A stretch of 64,000 nucleotides of DNA from Mobula hypostoma. Taxonomy: Eukaryota. Shown here piece by piece: positions 50,236 through 62,789 of the stretch. The position numbers and the translations under genes were made by a program. The stretch covers positions 94,056,001 through 94,120,000 of the forward strand of contig NC_086097.1 in the NCBI RefSeq assembly GCF_963921235.1, written 5' to 3'. How positions within the stretch are numbered: position 1 is the stretch's first letter; every line of letters begins with the position of its first letter. The notes under the pieces are model-generated. The model worked only from the letters and a program-made list of their open reading frames with translations. It was not told the origin of the DNA and did not search any database.

Positions 50236-52371
50236 TTTCTATCTTCATTGAGAGTTGTCAATCAACCCAGAATCTCAAACAAATCAGAAAATAAAGCACG
50301 ACTAATCCTAAACTGATGTAACACTTGATGAATATCGTCCAACATATGCTTATGCAGTGATTCCCCATTGACCTTTTATATATCCTCTGATGAACTCTGA
50401 GGAAATGCTTATTATCAGACTGTGTCAGAGGCTCAGTGTTATAGCTGTGGATGTTACTTGAAATAGTGAAATTTAATCTTCGCTCCCAGGTAGCTATTAC
50501 AGTATAGTCAAAATAAATCAGCTGAATCTCCCAGTCAGATTCTGACCTTGCTACCAATTATTCTCCACCTGGAATAATTGCTTCCCTTAAATAGGATTTT
50601 GACTGCAACTCTTGTTACAAATGGGAGCAGGAAGAAAATGCAGTCCTATTCAGTATGGCCTGATCTCACACACAGAAGGAACATTAAGAGTGTTAGTGGG
50701 TGTCTGTATGTGATTAGTGCTTTGGTAGCCCATTGTGTGTTAAAAAGTTCACTCAATGGTGATTTTTTTTATCATCTTGGACTGCCTTGCCATCAGACCA
50801 AGACCTCAACTTGTTATGCTTGTGCTGCAACAGATCCCTCCATGCTAAAGAAGACAACGTGCAGGTATCTTCTACTGTTCATGTTAGTGGAAACAGTCAT
50901 TCTCAATTCTAGGTGACTGCCAATGCAGAAGAAAATGATTCCATAAATCTGAATTGAATTTTGAATTTGTTACCTGAACTCACACACACATTATTCTATA
51001 TTACGTAAATCAGTAACAAGCTCACAGATACACATTGTTATGTATGAAATGTATCTGAATCTCTTAATTAGTTTATAATCTGGAATAAAATTCCACATGA
51101 GTAAAGTAATTATGTGTAGGAATAGGCCATTGAGCACTTGAAAATTGTCTACTAATCAATAGAATCAAAGCTGACCTGCTCATAACCTCAGTCTGGTCCT
51201 GATGAAAGATCTCGACTCAAAATGTTCACCTAGAGATGCAGCCTGACCTGGGAGTTCCTCCAGCACTTTGTCTGTTAGTCCAGATTCCAGTGTCTGTAGT
51301 CTCTTGTGACTCAACTCGACATTGCTCCCTACCCCTTGCTTAGTGAGAACTTATCAAGAATCTATATACCATTGTCTTAATGTTCAAAAATTCTGCTTTA
51401 CTGCTTTTGAAAAGATTCAAGATTGTTTATTATTCTTCAGTACACAAGTGTAAAGGAGAACAAAATGATTCTGATGCAGCACTTAAAAGGCACAATAAGC
51501 ATGAAGAACACAATTTAAAAAAATAAAATCTTAATAAATATAAATATAAAAGCAGTCCTATAAAACAATGCATAAGTAACTGAGTGGCCGTATATACATA
51601 AGATTAGCTTAGCCTCACAGACTTAATTATATGTACATGAAGTGATACAAGGTGCAGGAGTATCTGAACATAAGGTGACTGACAGGAAATGACAGTGACT
51701 TGGCAAGAGAAACTTCTAGGTAGCAGCAGGGCATGTGAAGACACAGTAGGACAGTGACTGTCAATGTAGGTATGAGGTGTGGAGTGTATGTGTAACATGG
51801 CTGTGCATGGAAGGATGAAGTGTGCTGAAAGACAACCTCTGAAAGAAAAATATTTCAACTGTCTTTCATGGATGAACACTAATTTTAAACATTGGCCTCC
51901 AGTTCTAGATTCTCCCACAAGAGGAAATACAGTATATATATTTTTTTAATTGTTCCTGTCTGAAAGCACAATTTCACATTTTTCCAAACACAAGAGATGC
52001 TGGGTACCTTGATAAACACACACAACATGCTGGAGGAACTCAGTAAATCAGGCAGCATCATTGGAGGGGCAGCCTGACTTACTGAGTTCGTCCAGCGTTT
52101 TCTGTCTGTGGCATCACATTTTCCCATTGGCCAGATCTCTGTTCACATACTTAATCTATTTATAATCATTCTTTATATGTGTCTGAATGTAGAACAAGTC
52201 TATGTTCTCTTTTCATGTATGTTCTGTGTCTTTTGTGGTCTTGTTATGTCCTCTTCATGGCTTGCTTTCCTTCCTATCTTCCTACCTCAGTAAATTTAAC
52301 ACCACTCCTTTGACACATTCATGTCATGTATTGAAATTATAAGAAAATGAGATCCCACCACCAATATTTAT

Positions 52372-52540
52372 GACACACTACACGCTGGAGGAACTCAGCA
52401 GGTTGGGCAGCATCCGTGGAAACGATGAGTTGACATTTCGGGCCAGAACCCTTCGTCAGGACTTCGCCTGGCCTGCTGAGTTCCTTCAGCATTTTGTGTC
52501 TGTTGCTCAGATTTCCAGTATCTGCATATTTTCTCTCGTT
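52372..52540. mobile_element. Penelope-LTR-derived inverted element with the best-preserved hammerhead motif (minus strand, ~52428-52463)
   Basis: Minus strand reads AGTC-CTGACGA-AGGG-TTCTGG-CCC-GAAA-TGTC-AACT. Confidence 0.78.
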
Positions 52541-52578
52541 TATGCTCTGTATTTTCTGCTTTCTGTCTCCCTCCCTTT

Positions 52579-54045
52579 ATAAGACCATAAGACATAGGAG
52601 CAGAATTAGGCCATTCAGCCCATCAAGTCTGCTCCACCATTCCATCACGGCTGATCCCAGATCCCACTGAACCCCATACACCTGCCTTCTCGCCATACCC
52701 CTTGATGCCCTGACTGATCAGGAAATGATCAACTTTTGCCTTAAATATACCCAAGGACTTGGCTTCTACTGCAGTCTGTGGCAGAGCATTCCACAGATTC
52801 ACTACTCTCTGGCTAAAAAAAACTCCCCCTTACCTCAGTTTTGAGGCTGTGCCCTCTAATTCTGCATACCCCCACCATAGGAAACATCCTCTCCACACCT
52901 ACTCTATCTAGTTCTTTCAACATTCGGTAGCTTTCAATGAGATCCCCCCGCATTCTTCTAAATTCCAGTGAATACAGGCCCAAAGCAGCCAAACACTCTT
53001 CATATGTTAACCCCTTCATTCCTGGAATCATCCTCGTGAACCTCCTCTGGACTCTGTCCAATGACAACACATCCTTTCTGAAATGAGGGGCCCAAAACTG
53101 CTGACAATATTCCAAATGCGGCCTGACTAGTGTCTTATAAAGGCTCAGCATTATCTCCTTGCTTTTATATTCTATTCCCCTTGAAATAAATGCCAACATT
53201 GCATTGCTTTCTTTACCACAGACTCAACCTGTAAATTAATCTTCTGGGAGTCTTGCATGAGGAGTCCCAAGTCCCTCTGCATTCTTGATGTTTGAACTTT
53301 CTCCCCATTTAGATAATAATCCGCACTATTGTCCCTTTTACCAAAATGCATTATCATACACTTCCCAACACTGTATTCCATCTGCCACTCTTTCGCCCTT
53401 TTTTCCTGCTGCAATCACATTGCTTCCTCAGCACTACCACCGCTCCATCTATCTTCGTATCATCCGCAAACTTTGCCACAAAGCTATCAATTCCATTATC
53501 TAAATCAATTGACAAACGATGTGAAAAGCAGCAGTCCCAATACTGACCCCTGAGGAACATCACTAGTCACCGGCAGCCAACCAGAAAAGGTCCCTTTTAT
53601 TCCCACTCACTGCCTCATGCTTGTCAGCCATTCTGCTATCCATACCAGTATCTTTTCTGTAATGTCCTAGGGTTTTAACTTGTTAAGCAGCCTCATGTGC
53701 AGTACCTCATCAAATGCCTTCTGAAAATCCAAGTAAATGACATCCACTGCCTCTCCTTTGTCCACCCTGCTTGTTACTTCCTCGATGAACTCTAACAGAT
53801 TTGTCAGGCAAGGCCTCTTTTACAGAAACTGCTGACTTTGACTTATTTTATCATTAGTCCCCAAGTACCTGAAACCTCATCCTTAATAATAGACTCCAAC
53901 ACTTTCCCAACCACTGAGGTTAGGCTAACTGGCCTATAATTACCTTTCTTTTGCCTTCCTCCCTTCTTAAAGAGTAGAGAGACATTTGCAATCTTCCCGT
54001 CCTCCAGGACCATGCCAGAATCAAGTGACTCTACAAAGACCATGA
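52579..54045 (-). mobile_element. CR1 LINE, RT to 3' tail
   Basis: GNYRPVSLTSVVGKVLESII, AKFADDTKI, LYKTLVRPHLEYC.QFW.PH, LYSLEFRRMRGDLIE. Confidence 0.92.
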
Positions 54046-54306
54046 AGCAATGAGTTACATTTGCCTTTTTTCAATGTAAAAGAACCTGCCCTAAATGTAG
54101 AATTGTGGAAAATTAAAACCAACCCTTCACATATTTCTTTTAAGAGCTGAGGATGAAATCAATCAGAAACCAGAATCAGCAATGTGCAGCTCTAACAGTT
54201 TGCTGGTATAACTTCTCTGGCGATCGTAATTTTTCTGAGTCCTCTCTCTCTCTGTCAATTTCTGATTTACACTATTTCCAGGATATTTCTAGATATCCTA
54301 CTAGAG

Positions 54307-54387
54307 CAGGTGACCCCAATTTTTTTTTATGCCACAGACCCCAATCATTAGCCAAAAGGTCCATGGATCCCAAGTTGAGAGCCCCTG
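54307..54387. mobile_element. hAT/Charlie-like MITE
   Basis: CAGGTGACCCCAA...TTGAGAGCCCCTG, preceded by CTAGAG. A fourth copy is at ~56675-56752. Confidence 0.68.
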
Positions 54388-54883
54388 CAGGAGAGTGAAA
54401 ACTCACCCTTGTTATCCATTATTAATTCCCGTTAACACTTTCTAAAGGACCATCGCTCACTTAGATCATTCTCCTCATCTTTAAATATCTACAGAGACTC
54501 GTAGCATCTCTTTTCAGATTCTCAGCCAAATCTGTCTCACTCTAATTCATTTTAGTCATTCTTTGCTGTTTTCATATTCCAATTTTCAGATTCATTACTC
54601 ATCTCTCCGTTATTCCTTACACAAATCACCACCATCTGTCAATTAGAATCCAGCTTATCGCAAGGAAACATTATACTCTATAGAACTTATCTGATATCTT
54701 TGATTGAGTTCCAGCCAGTAAGTCTCTATGGGCCATTTATAATGTATAAACCCAATCTGAACTGGATTAGATTGCTGTTCCTACCCATGCATGCATACAC
54801 ATCCGCCCATTATTCTGCAAGCATAGATCATCCAAGCCCCTAGATTATACACCAACTTGCACACTGATAGCTTGCAATCTCAG

Positions 54884-56187
54884 TGTCACAATAGTGGGGG
54901 CTTTGGGAGCAATGGTGGACCCAAATGCAAGACACATCTTGTGAGGTTTCTTAGACTTAGTTTATTGCTCGATACCAGGAGAGCAAGGCAGGAGCAGGAG
55001 ATAGCGAACTGGACAAGAACTAAGGACCACAACTAGGCTGGGACCAGGGTTCTGGGCTAGGACTCGGAATCGGCTCCCAGAACTAGAGGAGACATGAAGA
55101 TGCTAGGGTATGGACTCCGAGCCCGAGACTGGGCAAGGACCCAGTACCTGGATCTTGCCTCGGGCTCAGACCCCAGAATCAGGCATGTACGTGACATGGG
55201 CTAGGGAGAGGAGGAACATGGAAAACAGAGCCTCGGTCTCAGGAAAGCGGGTACATGGAACCATGGACACATACACCGAACACAGAGTCGGGACCCCTCC
55301 TTGGGTACAGGACATAGGGCCGGGACTCACACACAGAACAGAGAGCCGGGACCCCTCCTTGGGTACAGGACATAGGGCCGGGACTCATGACTCCCCGCGG
55401 GGCAATGGCAAGACGGCCAAACTTACCCCACGGAGGCGAGGACAGGACAAGACAAGACATGATTCCCCGCGGGGCAACGGCAAGACGGCCTGACCTACCC
55501 CACGGAGGCGAGAACAAGACAAGACCAACACGAATGAACACCAGACAGCACCTATCTAGCTCCGGCGATGGAACTAGACCGAAGTGCAGGCTGGGGCTGC
55601 AGACGAGGGCTAGAGGCGAGAGGGGCAGAGAAGGGATTCAGACAAGGGAGTAGGACAGGAGTCACTGACTGCCAGGGCCAGGACTAGACTCAGAACTGGA
55701 AGCCGCCAGGGCCAGGACTTGACATGCTACTTGAACGCCGCCAGGGCCAGGACGTGGACGAGGTACTTGGATGCTGCCGGGTAGTGCCGAGCTCTCGACT
55801 CGGCCTGGGAACAGTAGACAGCGGTTCTTGATTCCCTCCGGCAGGTTAACTGACGGACCCACCTCGATGAGGAAACTTTGCAGGCTCGCTTCGGCGAGGT
55901 AACTTAACAGGGTAGCTCCGGTGAGGAAAGGCGAATTACTGGCACTCGCTTCGGGCGGAGACTCGGCTTGCTCCAGCCAGATGACATTGGCACGCCGTAC
56001 CTTGGTGACTTTAAAACCGCTCTCGTGCCGAACGGCTGAAAGCCGGAGTCTATAAACTACCGGTTCAGCCGAGTGTTAATTGCCTTTAATCACCAAAGTC
56101 GAGGGACACGGGAAAACAGGGAATCAACAGTCCGGAACGTAACATAAACAAGGTAAATTTAAAGGGACCCCGATCCGGACGATGACA
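54884..56187 (-). mobile_element. Solo LTR, probably Gypsy-type (1304 bp)
   Basis: TGTCA...TGACA termini; 5-bp TSD CTCAG (54879-54883, 56188-56192); minus-strand AATAAA at 54961-54966; CpG-rich; no gag/pol. Confidence 0.85.
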
Positions 56188-59049
56188 CTCAGATATGACA
56201 GCATTAATATAATTAGTATTAAAAGGGGAGTTTTATAGCATTTTATGCAAAAAAAGGTTTATTACTGACAATGCTGATGTGTTGGTAGCCTGGTGTGCAC
56301 CTGTTAGTACACAGTGTTGTGCCTGGAACTTTGTCTTCTCCCATCACTGAGTCACCCCACTGCTCAGAGTGAACGTACCTACTGACCCCAGTTATTGAGT
56401 TACACAGCACAGAAAGTTCAGTCCAACTTGTCCATACCGACCTGAGATTGTCCAATTTCTTTGCATTTGGCCCATACCCCTCTGAACCTTTCCTATCTAC
56501 ATGCCTGTCCAAATGGCTTTTAAACTGTGTAATTGTACCCACCTCTACCACTTCTTCCGGCAGCTCATTCCATATACCCGCTACCCTCTATGTGCAAAAA
56601 AATTGCCCCTGAGGTCTCCATTAACCTTTTCCTCTCTCATTCTAAACCTATGCCTCCTAGTTTTAAACTCCCTTATGGAGTTCCCAACCTGTTTTATGCA
56701 TGGAGCTCGGCCATTAATCCAGGGTGCATGGACCTCAGGTTGGGAACTGCCATGCCCCTCGTGATCTTATAAACTTCTATAAGATCACCCTTACCCTCCA
56801 GGAAAGAAAGCTCTAACCCATCCAGTTTCGAACTCAAGCCTTCTAGTCCCAGCAATATCCATATGAATCTTTTCTGCACAATCTTTCCTACACAATCTTT
56901 CCTACAGCTTAATGACATCCTTTCCACAGCCGGGCAATCTAAACTACACTCAATACTCTGCAAGTGTGGTCTCGCCAATGTCTTGTACTTTGGTAACATG
57001 ATATCCTAGCTCTCAAACGGGCAACCTGAAATCCACTCGATACTCCATGTGCGGTCTCACCAATATCTTGTAACATGGTATCCCAGCTCTTGTTCTAAAT
57101 GCACAGTCTGATAAAGGCAAACATGCTAACTGGTTCTCTCCAAATTATCTACCGGTGTCACTGCTTTCAGGGAACTACAGTATTGTGCAAAAGTCTTAAG
57201 GCACTCTAGATTTTTGTATATGGTTTCAGAAAGTATGACCCTGAGGTATACAAGATGTTAGGAGTGGATAGCCAGTGACCTTTTCCGGAGTGGTGGAAGG
57301 GTGGGACATCCTGCTGGGGTGGTGGGAGAGGCAGGTACATTAGAGACATTGAAGAGCCTCTTTGATAGGCATCTAGATGACAGAAAAATGGAAGGCTATG
57401 CAGGGGGGAATGGTTATGTTTACTGTAGTGTAAATTAAAAGGTTGGTATGACATCCTGGGCTGAAGGGCCTGTGCTGTGCTGTTATGTTCTAAAGAGTAA
57501 ATAGTTAAAGTTTTTTAGTTTTAAAGTTTTATATTTAAGTTTTTTAACTATTTAAGTTTTCTTATTGGTACATGAACTGAGGTACGTTCATGTGTAAAGC
57601 ATACAGACCAATGCATTACAACAGCACATTGAGGGAGTACGAGGCCCAATGCAGGCAATGGGACCGGCATTGTTGGGAATAATCCTCGGCATGGAGCAGA
57701 GAGTCGTTCCCCGCTGTTTAGGCTCTCTGGTGGCCCCTGGCTATTGACCTGCAGCTTGCATCCCGTCCAGTCAGAGGTGAAGGCCCTCAGCCCCACACCA
57801 CAGGGCAAAGTGGTCATGCTGCTGCCCTTCTCAGGCAGTCTCAGCGCGTCCAGGTGGCAGCAGAGGGCAGGGAGGTTTTAAAAAATTATTTATTTAGAGA
57901 TACAGGACAGTAACAGGCCTTTCTGACCCAGGTTTGTGTGCCGCCCAAATACGCCCCGTGTGACTAAATCACCAACTAACCCATATGTCTTTGGCATGTG
58001 GGAGGAAACCGGAGCACCCAGAGAAAACCCTCATGGTCATGGGGAGGACGTACAAACTCCTTGCAGACAGCGGCGGATTTGAACGCCCGCGACGGGCGCT
58101 GTAATGGCGTTACACCAACTGCTACACTACCATTTGTACCATGTTCCTGGCACAGCAGCACACTGCCCGTTAGTGCAAGGGGGCAAGGGGGAATACCTAA
58201 AGAGTTTATGACCCAGAACCAAGGACAAAGCAACACTGGGTGCAGTACTAAACAGCTACAGTACTATGTAAATACCCTCTGGGACTTCCTCAGTAGGTCA
58301 CTCAGCTTGACCCCCTTGATCAGACTGTAGCCCTCTCCAAGGTGATTACTGTTCCACGTCTAATCCTCACTTGATAGCCTGGTTTGAATAGGAGTGATGA
58401 TGGTGTTACCAGGGCTGATAACCAGAGAGCTGCACTAAACAAACACCTGAACTCAGTTCCTATCCTATAATGATCGCTGTTGAAATCAAATTCATTTTAA
58501 TAAATGAGGTTAACAAATACATTTCCTTCCCTGCCCCTGCTCCCGCTCCCCCCACAGATACTGCTGGAGTCGCCCAGTTCCTCCAGCAGATTGTCTGATG
58601 GTCTGGATCCTGGCGTCTCCGCTTGTTTGTAGTGGCAGTGACCCGGAGAGCTGGGGCTCCGTTAAATACTCATCTGGGGCCCTCAGAAAAAGAAGTCAAT
58701 CTGCCGTCCTGACCCGGTTGGGCATACACGTTGACTCCGGACCCGCCGACTCTGATAACCCCAGTTGCCATGGGCGAAAAATGCAGGGTTGGATAGTGGT
58801 GATCACATGCTGCAGAAGCATCTTAATTATATCCGAGCTTGCAGTGCATTAAAGGATATCTATTATTCAATATAGAATCAATTTTTGAACCATTTTAATA
58901 AGATTCCAGTCTATTACTCACGCTAGCTGTCCATTATTCTATAAATAAACCGTCTGAATCCTTCGATGAGATGCCAGCCCTTAACTCACTCCCATTATAA
59001 CATTTGGACCTTTGATCTGGATCCAGTCTGTAATAAGGTCCTGGGTACG

Positions 59050-59900
59050 CTTCAGTCACGTTCTCGAGAGGCAATCAGCGTGCACCCTGGGCCCCTCCTT
59101 GACTGAGGTGAATCCCCGTGCCCGCCTGAGTTGGCTCTCTGAAGACTGTGGCTGCAGCGAAGGAGGATCCTGCAGCCCCGAGTCTGAGGAGCTTCAGGCT
59201 TTAACATGGATTGACTTCTTCCTACAGGGCGAGACTCCTCCTCGCTTCCTGGCCCGGGATCCATAGAGAAAGGCAATGGGAGGTCCCTCGTTCTCCTCCT
59301 CCTCCTCCTCCTCCTCCTGCCCAGTGTTAGGTCGCTGGCAACGCAGATGTGCCGGGTAGACGAGCTGCCGAAAGGAGTGATGAAGGTTTTTTCCGCTCCG
59401 GGCTAGGAGTCACGCCGCGGTCGGAGAACAGAACGGCTTCGGAGTCACATCCAGCCAACCGGCTTTCCCCGTCCCCGACCGAAGCCGGGCTGAAGTAGCT
59501 GGATGATTGTGGTATCGTGCCTGATCATCGCCTCCCTGCTCCGCCTCACCTGGGGTAAGCCCGGCAGAATGGAGGGGAGTGCAAGGGGGCGGGGGAGGTG
59601 CGGTTGTACGGGGGAGAAAGTTCGGAGCGAGAGGTGCGAAGTTTTCCAAACTCTTAACTTGGGATGGTGACTGGTCAGTGTTTTAATGTTTGTACTTCCC
59701 TGTTTCCAACGTAATTTCGTGCTTGTGCGTTTGCTGGGGAAGTTCCTGAGCACCCCCACCTCACCCTTCCCCGCAGTTACTGCCGCTCAGGACAGAGGGA
59801 ACCCGGCAGATCCGCAGGCAAGAAGGAACGGTCCCGGGTATTGGCGTTAGGCATCGGAGAGACGGAGGCAAAAGCCAGTCGTAGAGAGAGGTGGAATTTA
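59050..59900. promoter_or_regulatory. CpG-island-like region, probable promoter and first exon
   Basis: Visibly CpG- and GC-rich compared with the CpG-depleted window; not recognised as a TE; (TCC)n at 59292-59318; GC box GGGGCGGGG near 59586. Confidence 0.7.
59503..59554 (+). CDS. Candidate first coding exon encoding a signal peptide (unidentified secreted or membrane protein)
   Basis: MIVVSCLIIASLLRLTW(G) followed by donor G|GTAAGC; 52 nt, phase 1; in-frame upstream TGA at 59491; lies in the CpG island. Kozak context is weak. Confidence 0.45.
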
Positions 59901-60393
59901 TAAAGTGCCTTCGAAAGACATTTAAGAATTTTTTGCATGAAATTGTGCATAAGTAATCTTGCCATCTTGCTAAGGTACAGTGGTACACCCATAATGTCAC
60001 ATTTCAATGGGATTACATTTAAAGTGACATCACGGTGATATGCCACCACACTATTATGTCACGGTGACATCACATTGTGCAATATCAGGCCACAGTGACG
60101 TGACCACACCACCACAGGCGTTGTGTAACATGACGTCACTGCACAGCAACTTAACACCACAGTGACATCATGTCACCGCACTGTGACATCACGCCTACTG
60201 ACAATGCATTATGACAGACCTTGTGCCCCAGTGCCATCACACATTGTGTGAAATTGTGCCACAGTTACAACACTCAGCAATGACATCACAACACAGTGAT
60301 GTCATGTTGCTATCACATCACAGTGATGTCACAGTCACACATGGGGACCCTTTGCTAGCTCTTTGCATCACACCGCATCCTAGTGACATCACA

Positions 60394-60685
60394 CTCCATG
60401 GGTCTTGGGAACGGGTGGCACAGGGATCTGACTGGGCAGACTGCCTGGCAATGTTTAGGGGGTATGTTTGTGCCTGGGTAAATATTGAGAAGGAACACGC
60501 GCCGCCCACAGCGACCATAGAAGCGTTCCGGGAACGATGGGCTCTGTGGGTGGTTAGTGCCATCATTGACAGAGATGGAAACATTTTAGTTTAATGTCGT
60601 TTGTCTATTAGTAGTGTAGTAATTGTGTTAGTCACTGGTTTGTATATATTGTAGCACTGAATTTGTAATATTTTGTAAAAAAAAA
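60394..60685 (+). mobile_element. Tx1-type LINE 3' end (5'-truncated)
   Basis: DCLAMFRGYVCAWVNIEKEH...EAFRERWA..GNILV* resembles the Tx1 ORF2 C-terminus; poly(A); TSD AGTGACATCACA at 60382-60393 and 60686-60697. Confidence 0.8.
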
Positions 60686-62789
60686 AGTGACATCACATTG
60701 CACAAATGACACTATAATGTATCATGCAAGAACGACCACAGACCTCGTGGGAATAAGGTGGTTTTTTTTGTGATTCTAAAGAGGAGAAAAACACTTCTCC
60801 TCACTTCAGCACAATTCTTGTCTCTGAGGCACTATGTACCTGCCTCAGGGTCTTGTGAAAATGTATGAAGTTGACTTTTGGACAGAGAGCAGCACAGCAT
60901 GAGAGTGGGCTCTTCAGCCGAAGCTGTCTGTGCCATCATGATGCCCGCACACTGTCCACACGTGCGTGGATATATGTTAAATGTGTAAACGTAGGAACCC
61001 TGTGCCTTCCCCCGCCATACTAGCAACATTCCCCAGATGTGCACATTCTACTGTCTCTCGTCAGGTTTGCAAAGGTTCTCAACCCTGCCTCAGTAACAGA
61101 GCCTCTTCGAGCACCTCTGCTACTTCCGCTGACTTGTGCAGACGTTGCCTCGGGAAGGTGGCATCCGTCACTTAGGATCCACACTGTGTCCTTGTCCCGC
61201 TGCTGCCGCCCGGCAGGAGGGACAGAAACCTCAGCCTAACACCAGCAGGTTGAGTCACACCTACTCTCCTGCCAGCAGCAGGTTCTGGAAGTGACCTGCG
61301 CCACCCTAACCCTGCCTCAGCAATGCAACGTTCTAGCTGCCTTTGCACCACCACGCACTTGCCTTTGAGTGTGCCTTTGCACCGAGATCTTGTTCAGTCA
61401 CTATGGTACTGTATGTATAGTTTATATATAATTCATGTTCTGTGTGTTCCGGTAGAGCTGCTGAAAGCGTGTTTCAATGTACCATATCGCCGTGCACTTG
61501 ACAACAAAGTCGACTCTGACCCACTTCTCCCTCCATCTTGAAACCAGTTCTTCCCCCCCCCACTTCACTTTGATGGATTTTTGCCCTGGTACACTTGCTA
61601 TCCAACCCCACTCTGATCCCCAGTCATAGCCCCCTCCTTCCCCACAGCAACACCCTGGCTCTGCACTTAATCCATTCTCTGGCTCTGATCCACTCCCCAT
61701 CCTCTTCATACTCTGTCTTAATTTGCTCCCTGTTTCCCTTCCTGCCTGTCCCACGTCCAGCCCACTGCCTCCCAGTTTATCAAGCTGCCCTCTGCAGACT
61801 ACGCTCTGTACCATGCAGCTGATTGTTAATGCAGTGTCCATGCGCCTTTCTGGTGACGATAGTGCTTGCTGCAGGTTGCACTCTGACAAGCTGCTGTCGG
61901 AACGTTAAGCAAGCTCGTTCTCAGCCAGTGTCTCTCGCAACTACACGGCAAGGTGTGCAGACTCTTATTTTAAGTTCAGATTCAGATTTATTTATCAGAT
62001 TTACATGTTAACGTGTTGTGAAATGTGCCGTTTGTGTTAACAACCAGCACACCTGAGGATGTGCTGGGGGCAGCCGGTAAGTGTCGCTACGCATTCCATG
62101 CCAACCTAGCTTGCTCACAATGCTTGGCAAAACAACAGAGAGTGCAACAAGCAACAGCAGAACAAGTCCCTTTCCTCCCTCCCACCCACTCACATACACA
62201 GTCAGACCTCCCACTCCTGGACAGACCTCCAGAGCTCTAGTCTCCAGGCTTCACACATCAGGCTCTGACTTCCGATTAGCCTAGCAACCCAGATCTCCTG
62301 ACGTCTGCTCATTGAATCAGTCTTACAACATAGAAACAGGCCATTCAGCCCACTGGGTCCATCCTGACCATCAAACACCACTCCTACATGAACTCTATTT
62401 TGTTCATCTTATCATCTTGCCCAAGCTTCTACCGCTCACCTGCGTAATGGAGCTGGTTTACAGTGGCTGACTAATCAGCTGACCTATGCCTCTTTGGCAT
62501 GTGGGAGGACAATGGAGCACCAAGAGGAAGCCCGTGTGGTTGAGGGAACGTGCAACCTCCAGGTTTTAAATAAAATGCCAAACCTGATGCAGATCAATGG
62601 AGTTGTAGACAATTTAATTACTGCAAAATCACTTTCACCTTTAGCCAGCAACTGAGTGCTTGTGCACCATGTTAGCTAATCTGGTCCAGAGAGTTTTTCA
62701 GCTCTTAATTTTAAGCAGGACCTCAATTTGGAAATCATACAGTGATCTGCCGTTACAGTCTTTCTCTGGATTAAGAAATTGACCCGTAG

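Noticed and set aside
55110..55862. ORFs within the GC-rich 55 kb block
   Set aside because: They lie inside the solo LTR, are derived from its internal repeats and have no gag/pol/env motifs.
59052..59276. Minus-strand ORF (MDPGPGSEEES...) as a divergent gene
   Set aside because: It is short, expected by chance in GC-rich DNA, and has no recognisable homology or strong donor. It cannot be excluded without RNA data.
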